From positions 52,302 to 72,301 of IMG/VR virus record IMGVR_UViG_3300017776_000001: 20,000 nt of DNA; one strand, given 5' to 3'. Below are positions 1 to 8,144 of the stretch, one piece after another. Below the pieces are notes generated by a model, which made no database searches, was not told where the DNA came from, and was given only the letters and a program-made list of their open reading frames with translations. A program made the translations under genes and the position numbers. Position 1 is the stretch's first letter, and every line of letters starts with the position of its first letter. The stretch is from an uncultured virus (IMG/VR IMGVR_UViG_3300017776_000001). Lineage: Duplodnaviria; Heunggongvirae; Uroviricota; Caudoviricetes.

Positions 1-10
1 GGATTAGAAC

Positions 11-421
11 ATGGCAAAATCAAATGCATTTAAATTAGCTGAACTAATCCGTGGGATTCAATTCGATGTTGACAATGATAAAATTGTTACAGCGAAAAAA
101 GTTGAAACCAAAAATACTAAGAGAGAGTCATCTACGACAACATCGACAGATGCATTCTCATTAGATACCTTTGCAAAAGCAACCTACAGGGCTGCAAGAT
201 ATATTGTAGTAATGTCTAAAGGTACGGATTACCATTCTACAGAAGTTATGTTAGTACATGATGGTACTACAGTTACTTTAACTCAGTACGGTACATTGAA
301 GTCAACACCGTTAGCTACATTTGACGCAGATATTTCGGGAGATGACGTAAGATTACGTGTGACCCCAGCATCAAATGCTAGTACAACGTTCAAATTTGAC
401 AGAACAGTAGTAGACGCGTAA
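11..421 (+). CDS. Virion structural protein with a beta-rich C-terminal domain of the kind seen in aquatic T4-like phage tail/fibre proteins
   Basis: 136-aa ORF. Its C-terminal domain (LDTFAKATYRAARYIV..GTDYHSTEVMLVHDG..TQYG..FDADISGDDVRLRVTP) is clearly paralogous to the C-terminus of 522..1268. Located in the structural gene block. Confidence 0.65.
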   Translation: MAKSNAFKLAELIRGIQFDVDNDKIVTAKKVETKNTKRESSTTTSTDAFSLDTFAKATYRAARYIVVMSKGTDYHSTEVMLVHDGTTVTLTQYGTLKSTPLATFDADISGDDVRLRVTPASNASTTFKFDRTVVDA

Positions 422-440
422 CAGTTCAGAGAACTAATTA

Positions 441-468
441 AGGGGGAACTTAGGTTCCCCTTTTTTTT
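441..468 (+). terminator. Rho-independent terminator
   Basis: Stem GGGGAAC (443-449), loop TTAG, stem GTTCCCC (454-460), then T8 (461-468), about 20 nt after the stop at 421. Confidence 0.9.
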
Positions 469-482
469 GCCCTTACAAAATG

Positions 483-490
483 CATAAATA
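483..490 (+). promoter_or_regulatory. T4-like late promoter variant (CATAAATA)
   Basis: One mismatch to the gp55-type TATAAATA consensus. Intergenic, just after the terminator and 31 nt before the ATG at 522. Confidence 0.65.
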
Positions 491-521
491 GTATTAGATT
501 CAACATTATGGATTATATTAA

Positions 522-1268
522 ATGGGAATAAAGAAGAAATTTTTAGCAGACTACGGTGAAGAAATACATGGTGACTTAGATGTTACTGGAGATGTTTCTG
601 TGTCAGGTGGTTTGACAATATTAGGAACAACGACTACTATAGATTCGGTTACCAAATCGGTTGATACATCTATGTTTGAACTTGCTAATGCAAATACATC
701 CCAAGACTTGATTGACTTTGGTATATACGGTAACTATAATGACGGTCTATCAGATGGAGGTGCAAGTGAGTTTTCAGGTTTGTTTAGAGATGCAACTGAT
801 TCCACATGGAAATTATTTGATGGACTAGAAATAGAACCGACAACAACAGTAGACACTGAAGGAACTGGATGGTCTTTTGCAGACCTAAAGGTAGGTGATT
901 TAGAATCGACAGGAACATTAACTGCAGTAGGGCCACTCAACTTACAGAATTTAAGAATGGATGCAAACAATACATTGACTACTACTGCAACAGATGAGGT
1001 AGAACTAGATAGTTTTCCATTGTTATCATATAGAAGTGGAAAATATCATGTACAAGCTTCACAAGGAACAAATTTTCATGCATGTGAAATTATGGTAATA
1101 CATGATTCATCAAGTGCATCACACCAAGTGTATGGAAGTGTAACCACAAATGGAGAGTTGTTTACAACATCAGTAGATACAAATTCAGGAGATGTCAGAG
1201 TCAAAGTTACACCATCATCATCGAGTTCAACAGTATTCAAAATAAGTAGAAATTTATTAACAGTATGA
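522..1268 (+). CDS. Tail fibre-like/virion structural protein
   Basis: 248 aa. The GDLDVTGDVSVSGGLTILGTTTT..DFGIYG..GLFRDATD segment resembles a segment near the C-terminus of 1659..3962. The C-terminal domain is shared with 11..421. Confidence 0.65.
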   Translation: MGIKKKFLADYGEEIHGDLDVTGDVSVSGGLTILGTTTTIDSVTKSVDTSMFELANANTSQDLIDFGIYGNYNDGLSDGGASEFSGLFRDATDSTWKLFDGLEIEPTTTVDTEGTGWSFADLKVGDLESTGTLTAVGPLNLQNLRMDANNTLTTTATDEVELDSFPLLSYRSGKYHVQASQGTNFHACEIMVIHDSSSASHQVYGSVTTNGELFTTSVDTNSGDVRVKVTPSSSSSTVFKISRNLLTV

Positions 1269-1290
1269 TAACCTTTAGGGGATTGGTTCT

Positions 1291-1298
1291 CCTAAATA
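1291..1298 (+). promoter_or_regulatory. T4-like late promoter variant (CCTAAATA)
   Basis: Intergenic TAAATA core 25 nt upstream of the ATG at 1324. Overlaps the 3' arm of a 9-bp hairpin (1274-1296). Confidence 0.5.
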
Positions 1299-1323
1299 CA
1301 TTCATACAAACAGGGGATTTTTA

Positions 1324-1659
1324 ATGGCAACAGCAAACTTTACAATCGATTATGGTTTGACAGTTGGTTCATCTGAAGTAATCACATCTAGTGGTAAAGT
1401 AGTGGCAGCTGCAGTATCAACTTTGACAACTGATAATTTAACACAGGGGTCGACAAATCTGTATTTTACAGGTTCACAGTTTAATACATCTTTTGCTTCT
1501 AAAGACACAGACGATTTATCAGAAGGGTCATCAAACCTTTACTTCACAGATACTAGAGCGAGAGGTTCTATATCTTTAGCATCAGGTGAAACCAATTTAT
1601 CTTATAACAGCACAAGTGGTGAACTATCATTACCAACAGTTGATGGAGGTACATTCTAA
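1324..1659 (+). CDS. Small fibre-related virion protein
   Basis: 111 aa. The N-terminus (NFTIDYGLTVGSSEVITSSG) and the TDxLxEGSxNLYFT repeats resemble those of the next gene. Its stop overlaps the next start (TAATG). Confidence 0.6.
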   Translation: MATANFTIDYGLTVGSSEVITSSGKVVAAAVSTLTTDNLTQGSTNLYFTGSQFNTSFASKDTDDLSEGSSNLYFTDTRARGSISLASGETNLSYNSTSGELSLPTVDGGTF

Positions 1660-3962
1660 TGGCAGGTGAAAAGAATTTTAACGTCAAGAATGGTCTATCG
1701 GTTGCTGGAACAGAAGTCATTCAAACAGATGGAACTTATGTAGGTTCCATTTCTGCAACTGCACTTAACGAAAGTGTAGACGATAGAGTTGCAAACCTCT
1801 TACAAGCAGGAGCTGGTATTGGATTATCATACGATGATGCAAATAACCAATTAACAATCACAGGTAATGTTGGTGATATCACTGGTGTTAACGCAGGTGC
1901 TGGTTTAACAGGTACTGCAACTTCAGGTGATGCAACATTAAACATTGGTGCTGGTACAGGTATTACTGTAAATGCAGATGACATTGCAATCAACTTTAAA
2001 GACGAAGACAACATGTCTTCAAACAGTGCAATACACGCTGCAACACAACAATCAATTAAAGCATATGTAGATTCCCAAGTATCAAGTAAAGACAACACAG
2101 ACGAAATTACAGAAGGAAGTTCAAACCTCTACTATACAAATGAAAGAGTAGATGACAGAGTAAGTTCATTACTTACCGAAGGAAGTGGTATATCATTAAC
2201 ATATGATGATACAGCTAACACACTTACAGTTGCAAATACAAACTCTGCAGATATTACAGCAGTAACAGCAGGAAATGGTTTGACTGGTGGTGGAACTTCA
2301 GGTGCAGTGTCACTTGCAGTTCAAGTTGATGACAGTTCATTAGAACTTGCATCAGATACAGTTCAAGTAAAAGCAGGTGGTATCACTAATGATATGTTAG
2401 CAGGTTCTATTGTAAATGGAAAACTTGCAAACAATTCAATATCAGTTAACTCAACTTCCGTATCCCTTGGTGGTTCTGTTACTTTAGACACTGGTGATAT
2501 TTCAGAAAATGGAAATCTATACCATACATCAGAAAGAGTTGACGATAGAGTCAATGCATTAATTACTGCTGGTACCAATATAACAACATCATATGATGAT
2601 GCAGCTGGTACACTTACAATTAACTCTTCAGGTAAAACACAAGAACAAATAGAAGACATCGTAAATGGTTTAGTAGTTGGTGGAACAAACATCACTTCTA
2701 CATACGATGATACAAATGGTACACTTACACTTGCTGGTTTATCAAATGGAGATATCAGAGGTTTATTATCTGCAACTGGAGATTTATCATACAACAGTAC
2801 TACAGGTGCATTCTCATTCACAGAAAGAACAAATGCAGAAGTAAGAGGTTTATTCTCAGCAGGTGGTGACTTAGCATACAACAGCACAACAGGTGCATTT
2901 AGTGTAACAAAATTCACAACTGCAAATGCAAGAAGTTCAATTTCAGCAGGTGGTGATTTAGCATACAATTCAAGTACTGGTGTTATCTCATACAGTGAAC
3001 CTACAATGTATGCAGACTCAGATGCAAGAGGAGCTATATCAGTAACAGACTCAGGTGGAGACGGTTCACTTGCATATAATTCTTCTACTGGTGTTATCAC
3101 ATACACAGGCCCAAGTGCATCAGAAGTTCGAGCTCATCTAAGTGCTGGAACTGGTGTTGGATTCTCAGGTGGTGCATTTAGTATCGGTCAGGCAGTCGCA
3201 ACAAACAGTAATGTAACATTTGCAGATGTAAATGCAAGTGGTGATTTAGTAGTCACAGGTGACTTAACAGTTAATGGGTCAACAGTTACCAACAGTGCAT
3301 CAAATACAACAATCGAAGATGCATTGATTGAACTTGGTTCAGGTAACACAGGTTCAAACTCTAATGACTTAGGTCTTATCCTCGAAAGAGGTTCAACTGG
3401 TGATAATGTATTCATGGGTTGGGACGAAAGTTCAGATAGAGTTAGATTTGCAACTACAACAGCAACAGGTTCATCCAGTGGTGCATTAACACTTACTAAT
3501 GCAAACATACAAGCAGGAAGACTTTACGGTGCTGTTACAGGTAACGTAACTGGTAATGCAGACACAGCTTCTGCATGGGCAGATGCAAGAACTATCTCTT
3601 TAGGTGGTGACCTTACAGGTTCCGTATCTATAGATGGTAGTGCAAACGCAACACTTAATGCAACAGTTGGTTCAAATGCAGTTGCATTAGGTTCAAACAC
3701 AACAGGAAATTACGTATCAGGAATATCAGGAACCTCAAATGAGATTACAATCTCAGGTTCAGGTAGTGAAAATGCAACAGTAACAATAGGTCTACCCGAT
3801 GATGTAACTATCGGTGATGCATTATCAGTTACTGGTAAAGGTACTACAGATTTTACAACAATCGGTAGTTCAGACGGAGCATTTAGAAATACTTTCATAC
3901 ATTCAGCAGGCCCATCAGGAAGTGATGGACAAGTCGGTGATGTATGGATAACTTACTCATAA
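1659..3962 (+). CDS. Long tail fibre-like protein
   Basis: 767 aa, G/S/T/A/D-rich. Recurring motifs ERVDDRV.xLL.AG.GI.LxYDD, GDLAYNSxTG, AGxGLTGG and GNVTGNADTA. Ends in a GPSGSDGQVGDVWITYS motif typical of phage fibre modules. Confidence 0.75.
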   Translation: MAGEKNFNVKNGLSVAGTEVIQTDGTYVGSISATALNESVDDRVANLLQAGAGIGLSYDDANNQLTITGNVGDITGVNAGAGLTGTATSGDATLNIGAGTGITVNADDIAINFKDEDNMSSNSAIHAATQQSIKAYVDSQVSSKDNTDEITEGSSNLYYTNERVDDRVSSLLTEGSGISLTYDDTANTLTVANTNSADITAVTAGNGLTGGGTSGAVSLAVQVDDSSLELASDTVQVKAGGITNDMLAGSIVNGKLANNSISVNSTSVSLGGSVTLDTGDISENGNLYHTSERVDDRVNALITAGTNITTSYDDAAGTLTINSSGKTQEQIEDIVNGLVVGGTNITSTYDDTNGTLTLAGLSNGDIRGLLSATGDLSYNSTTGAFSFTERTNAEVRGLFSAGGDLAYNSTTGAFSVTKFTTANARSSISAGGDLAYNSSTGVISYSEPTMYADSDARGAISVTDSGGDGSLAYNSSTGVITYTGPSASEVRAHLSAGTGVGFSGGAFSIGQAVATNSNVTFADVNASGDLVVTGDLTVNGSTVTNSASNTTIEDALIELGSGNTGSNSNDLGLILERGSTGDNVFMGWDESSDRVRFATTTATGSSSGALTLTNANIQAGRLYGAVTGNVTGNADTASAWADARTISLGGDLTGSVSIDGSANATLNATVGSNAVALGSNTTGNYVSGISGTSNEITISGSGSENATVTIGLPDDVTIGDALSVTGKGTTDFTTIGSSDGAFRNTFIHSAGPSGSDGQVGDVWITYS

Positions 3963-3976
3963 GAGTTTAATATAAT

Positions 3977-6900
3977 ATGGCGCAACGAATAAAGAACCCT
4001 ACGGGGTGGGTAAACACAACAGGAAGCTGGGTAAAAACATCTCCAACTGAATGGTCGGCAGTAGATTCTATCTATTCAAAGACACCTACTGGGTGGGTAA
4101 AGTCATCAGGACAAATGCCAGCTCAAGTAGTTGCAACAAGACCAGCAGTTGGGACAAGACCTTACAACTTCCAACAATCTTATCAATTCACTGTGCAACA
4201 GTCGTATCAGTATCATAATAGGGTACAGGCATCTACACAACAGTCATATCAGTATCATAACAGGGTTCAAACAAGTGTTCAACAAGATTACACTTATCAC
4301 AACCGTGTTCAACAAAATACTCAACAGACATATACCTATCATAATAGAGTACAAAGAAGAAGACCAGTACAACAAGCATATACCTATCATAATAGAGTAC
4401 CTAGACGTAGACCAGTACAACAGACTTATAGTTATCACAATCAGGTACCAAGACGTAGACCAGTACAACAGACGTACGTCTATCATAATCAGGTACCAAG
4501 ACGTAGACCTACACAACAATCATATCAATACCATAATAGAGTTGGTAGACAACGTGTAGTACAACAGGGTTATACTTATCACAATAGAGGACAAGCTTCT
4601 ACCCAACAGACTTACCAGTATCATAACAGAGTTCAAACAAGTACTCAACAACCTTACACTTATCATAATAGGGTACCTAGAAGAAGACCTGTACAACAGT
4701 CGTATCAGTACCATAATAGAGTACAAAGAAGAAGACCTGTTCAACAGACGTATACCTATCATCATAGAATACCAAGACGTAGACCAGTACAACAGGCATA
4801 CACTTATCACAATAGGATACAAACAAGTACTCAACAGGCATACACTTATCACAATAGGGTACCTAGAAGAAGACCAGTCCAACAGGCATACCAGTACCAC
4901 AATAGGGTGCAGAGAAGAAGACCTGTTCAACAGTCGTATCAGTACCATAATAGAGTACCTAGAAGAAGACCAGTACAACAAGGGTATACTTATCATAATA
5001 GAGGACAAGCATCAACTCAACAGACTTATCAATATCATAACAGAGTTCAAGCTTCTACTCAACAGAGTTACCAGTATCATAATAGGGTTCAGACTAGTGT
5101 ACAACAATCATACCAATACCATAATAGAGTACAGGTAAGTACACAACAGAATTACCAGTACAACAATACTGAATCAAGAAGAAGACCTGTACAACAAAGT
5201 TACCAGTACAACAATCAAGAGTCTAGAAGAAGACCAGTACAACAGGTATACCAGTATCATAATCAGGTACCTAGAAGAAGACCTGTACAACAGACGTATA
5301 CCTATCATAATCAGGTACCAAGACGTAGACCTGTACAACAAAGTTACCAGTACAATAATCAAGAGACAAGACGTAGACCAGCACAACAGTCTTATACGTA
5401 TCATAATAGACTTCAAGCTAGGTATAGTTACCAACAACCTTATAGTTATCACAATCAGGTACCAAGACGTAGACCTGTGCAACAAGCATACACTTATCAT
5501 AATCAGGTTCCAAGACGTAGACCAGTTCAACAGTCTTATCAGTACAATAATCAAGAGTCAAGACGTAGACCAGTTCAACAGTCTTATCAGTACAATAATC
5601 AAGAGCCAAGACGTAGACCAACACAACAGTCTTATCAGTTTAACCAACCTACACCTAGAAGAAGACCTGTACAACAAACATACCAGTTTAACCAACCTAC
5701 ATCTAGGACAAGACAGACTACAGTAAGGAATAGCGCACACACAGCTTACATCCATTATGGAAATATCTATGGTGGTGGTGGTGATACATCTGTTATTAAG
5801 GTAGAAACTCCATACGGACAAAGAACTTCCTATATACCATCTTTTGAGTTCTCGGGTTTCCCAATGAATGCTCAGAATACAGGTACTGCAAGTCCATTTG
5901 GTTTTGCAGGAAGACCTGATGGAAAAGGACATGAAAGAGATTCCTTTAGAGGAAACATGATGTTCAGAGGGCCTTCGTTACAAATGTCAGGTACACAATC
6001 ACCATTCTTTACTGGTAGTGGCCCACAAAACCAATCAACATCACCGAAGAGTTGGCACTATAGAAGTTACTTTGGTGGACAAAGACAGTGGCAGGGTGTG
6101 TTAAGATTTGTTGGTGCGAACATGGAATTTGGTGCTGATTTCGTTGCAGGGCCAGCTGCTCAATCTGTTCAAAGTATACCTAACCCACAGAGACAAGGTT
6201 CAATACCTATTACAGGACAAGCACCAACTAATTCTCAATATGGTGCAAAAATAACGAGTGGACAGACTGCAACATTTAAATGGTCACAAGATGGTCAGAT
6301 GCAGTCACAATCACCCGGCGGTGGAGGTGGAGGATTCCCACTATTTGTCAGAAACAAAGGTGATGTATTCGTTAGAAGTAGAGATTTGTCTCATGTTCAC
6401 CAAGTAACTTTCAGTAATAGTGCTGGTGTGACATGGCCTCAAGGTCAGATGAACGAGATGCAACAGCCTGGTCAACAGAACCAACCGTACACTTATCATA
6501 ATAGGGTACAAAGACGTAGACCAACACAACAACCGTACACTTATCATAATAGGGTACCTAGAAGAAGACCAGTACAACAGGCATACACTTATCATAATCA
6601 GGTACCTAGAAGAAGACCTGTGCAACAAGCGTACACTTATCATAATCAGGTACCAAGACGTAGACCTGTACAACAAAGTTACCAGTACAACAATCAAGAG
6701 TCTAGAAGAAGACCAGTACAACAAAGTTACCAGTACAATAATACTGAGACTAGGAGAAGACCTGCTAGGTCAGACTATCGAGTCAACCAACCTACTCCTA
6801 GAAGAAGACCAGTACAACAGACGTATACCTATCATAATAGAATACCGAGACGTAGACCAGTGCAACAATCTTATCAGTACAATAATACTGAGACTAGAAG

Positions 6901-8125
6901 AAGACCAGTGCAATCGTCTTATCAGTACAATAATACTGAATCTAGAAGAAGACCAGTTCAACAGACGTATACTTATCATAATAGAATACCAAGACGTAGA
7001 CCTGTACAACAAAGTTATCAGTATCATAATCAGGTACCTAGAAGAAGACCAACTAGAGTACAAACATTACAGAGGGTGTCAAGACAGAGACCAGCAAGAG
7101 TACAAGCTTTACAACGTGTATCAAGACGTAGACCAACAAGAGTACAACAGTTGCAACGTGTCTCTAGACAAAGACCAGCAAGAGTACAGGTTAACATTCA
7201 AGAAACAAGAAGAAGACCAGTACAACAAAGTTACCAGTACAATAATATTGTAACTAGACAACGTCCTGTACAACAAGGTTATCAATATAATAATATTGAG
7301 TCTAGAAGAAGACCAGTGCAACAGGGTTATCAATATAATAATACTGAGACTAGAAGAAGACCAACTAGAGTACAGGTGAACCAACCTTCTCCTAGAAGAA
7401 GACCTGTTCAACAGAGTTATCAGTATAATAGTACTGAGAACAGACAGAGACCAGTACAACAAGGTTATCAGTATAATAATATTGAGACTAGACAACGTCC
7501 TGTACAACAAGGTTACCAGTATAATAATGTTGAGACTAGAAGAAGACCAGCAAGAGTACAACAGTTGCAACGTGTTTCTAGACAAAGACCTGCTAGAGTT
7601 CAGGTAAATATACAAGAAACTAGAAGAAGACCAGCACAGCAAACTTATCAGTACAATAATATTGTAACTAGACAACGTCCAACACAACAGAATTATCAAT
7701 ATAATAATACTGAAAATAGACAGAGACCAGTGCAACAAGGTTACCAGTATAATAATACTGAAAACAGACAAAGACCAGTGCAACAGGGTTATCAATATAA
7801 TAATATTGAGTCTAGAAGAAGACCAGTGCAACAGGGTTATCAATATAATAATATTGAGTCTAGACAAAGACCAGCAAGAGTTCAGGTTCTACAGAATGTA
7901 ACTAGACAAAGACCTGCTAGAACACAGGTATTGCAGAGAGTTTCAAGACAGAGACCTACTAGGGTACAGGTATTGCAAAGAGTTTCAAGACAGAGACCAG
8001 CACAGTCATCCCGTCAGAAGGTTACAGTTGGTATACAACCATATGCATATCAACAACCGTATAGAAATACAGTTCAGAAATGGGATGGTACAACGTCTTG
8101 GCCTGCACAACCAATATCCTCTTAA
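3977..8125 (+). CDS. Giant Arg/Gln/Tyr-rich repeat protein with mirror-symmetric arms; putative hairpin fibre or adhesin
   Basis: 1382-aa uninterrupted ORF directly after the fibre gene. Layout: Trp-containing N-terminal cap (aa 1-82), repeat arm (aa 83-574), unique domain (aa 575-843), repeat arm (aa 844-1335), C-terminal cap. The CDS is secure; the function is inferred. Confidence 0.8.
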   Translation: MAQRIKNPTGWVNTTGSWVKTSPTEWSAVDSIYSKTPTGWVKSSGQMPAQVVATRPAVGTRPYNFQQSYQFTVQQSYQYHNRVQASTQQSYQYHNRVQTSVQQDYTYHNRVQQNTQQTYTYHNRVQRRRPVQQAYTYHNRVPRRRPVQQTYSYHNQVPRRRPVQQTYVYHNQVPRRRPTQQSYQYHNRVGRQRVVQQGYTYHNRGQASTQQTYQYHNRVQTSTQQPYTYHNRVPRRRPVQQSYQYHNRVQRRRPVQQTYTYHHRIPRRRPVQQAYTYHNRIQTSTQQAYTYHNRVPRRRPVQQAYQYHNRVQRRRPVQQSYQYHNRVPRRRPVQQGYTYHNRGQASTQQTYQYHNRVQASTQQSYQYHNRVQTSVQQSYQYHNRVQVSTQQNYQYNNTESRRRPVQQSYQYNNQESRRRPVQQVYQYHNQVPRRRPVQQTYTYHNQVPRRRPVQQSYQYNNQETRRRPAQQSYTYHNRLQARYSYQQPYSYHNQVPRRRPVQQAYTYHNQVPRRRPVQQSYQYNNQESRRRPVQQSYQYNNQEPRRRPTQQSYQFNQPTPRRRPVQQTYQFNQPTSRTRQTTVRNSAHTAYIHYGNIYGGGGDTSVIKVETPYGQRTSYIPSFEFSGFPMNAQNTGTASPFGFAGRPDGKGHERDSFRGNMMFRGPSLQMSGTQSPFFTGSGPQNQSTSPKSWHYRSYFGGQRQWQGVLRFVGANMEFGADFVAGPAAQSVQSIPNPQRQGSIPITGQAPTNSQYGAKITSGQTATFKWSQDGQMQSQSPGGGGGGFPLFVRNKGDVFVRSRDLSHVHQVTFSNSAGVTWPQGQMNEMQQPGQQNQPYTYHNRVQRRRPTQQPYTYHNRVPRRRPVQQAYTYHNQVPRRRPVQQAYTYHNQVPRRRPVQQSYQYNNQESRRRPVQQSYQYNNTETRRRPARSDYRVNQPTPRRRPVQQTYTYHNRIPRRRPVQQSYQYNNTETRRRPVQSSYQYNNTESRRRPVQQTYTYHNRIPRRRPVQQSYQYHNQVPRRRPTRVQTLQRVSRQRPARVQALQRVSRRRPTRVQQLQRVSRQRPARVQVNIQETRRRPVQQSYQYNNIVTRQRPVQQGYQYNNIESRRRPVQQGYQYNNTETRRRPTRVQVNQPSPRRRPVQQSYQYNSTENRQRPVQQGYQYNNIETRQRPVQQGYQYNNVETRRRPARVQQLQRVSRQRPARVQVNIQETRRRPAQQTYQYNNIVTRQRPTQQNYQYNNTENRQRPVQQGYQYNNTENRQRPVQQGYQYNNIESRRRPVQQGYQYNNIESRQRPARVQVLQNVTRQRPARTQVLQRVSRQRPTRVQVLQRVSRQRPAQSSRQKVTVGIQPYAYQQPYRNTVQKWDGTTSWPAQPISS
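4223..5698 (+). repeat. Coding tandem repeat, N-arm: 32 units of 48 or 42 bp
   Basis: 16-aa units such as VPRRRPVQQxYxYHNR and 14-aa units such as VQASTQQSYQYHNR. Order: 3x14, 5x16, 2x14, 3x16, 1x14, 3x16, 4x14, 11x16. Confidence 0.95.
6506..7981 (+). repeat. Coding tandem repeat, C-arm: 32 units of 48 or 42 bp
   Basis: 16-aa units such as ESRRRPVQQGYQYNNI and 14-aa units such as VSRQRPARVQVLQR. Order: 11x16, 4x14, 3x16, 1x14, 3x16, 2x14, 5x16, 3x14. Confidence 0.95.
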
Positions 8126-8133
8126 ATAAAAGG

Positions 8134-8141
8134 ACTAAATA
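8134..8141 (+). promoter_or_regulatory. Possible T4-like late promoter variant (ACTAAATA)
   Basis: TAAATA core in the intergenic gap before 8182, the same core as seen in other intergenic gaps of this window. Confidence 0.45.
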
Positions 8142-8144
8142 TTA

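Noticed and set aside
1274..1296. Hairpin TTTAGGGGA-ttggt-TCTCCTAAA as a terminator
   Set aside because: There is no downstream U-tract. It may be an RNA stability or processing element, but this cannot be supported from sequence alone.
4131..7867. Alternative-frame and minus-strand ORFs over the repeat gene (e.g. 4131..4559 +, 4520..5008 -, 7121..7867 -)
   Set aside because: Shadow ORFs caused by repeat periodicity and codon bias. They give repetitive I/L/S/W-rich translations and have no independent support.
4223..7981. CRISPR array or other non-coding repeat array
   Set aside because: Units are 42 or 48 bp (multiples of 3), vary mainly at synonymous positions, have no unique spacers and lie in one open frame. 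No cas genes are present.
4223..7981. DNA-level inverted repeat explaining the mirror symmetry
   Set aside because: Both arms carry the units in the same orientation on the + strand and are not reverse complements. The symmetry exists only in unit order and protein features.
3977..8125. Multi-core RiPP-like or polyprotein precursor cleaved at RRR sites and matured by the neighbouring enzymes
   Set aside because: Tempting given the basic tracts and oxygenases, but released peptides would not need mirrored order or cross-arm complementarity. No protease or signal peptide is seen and the context is structural. Disfavoured rather than excluded.
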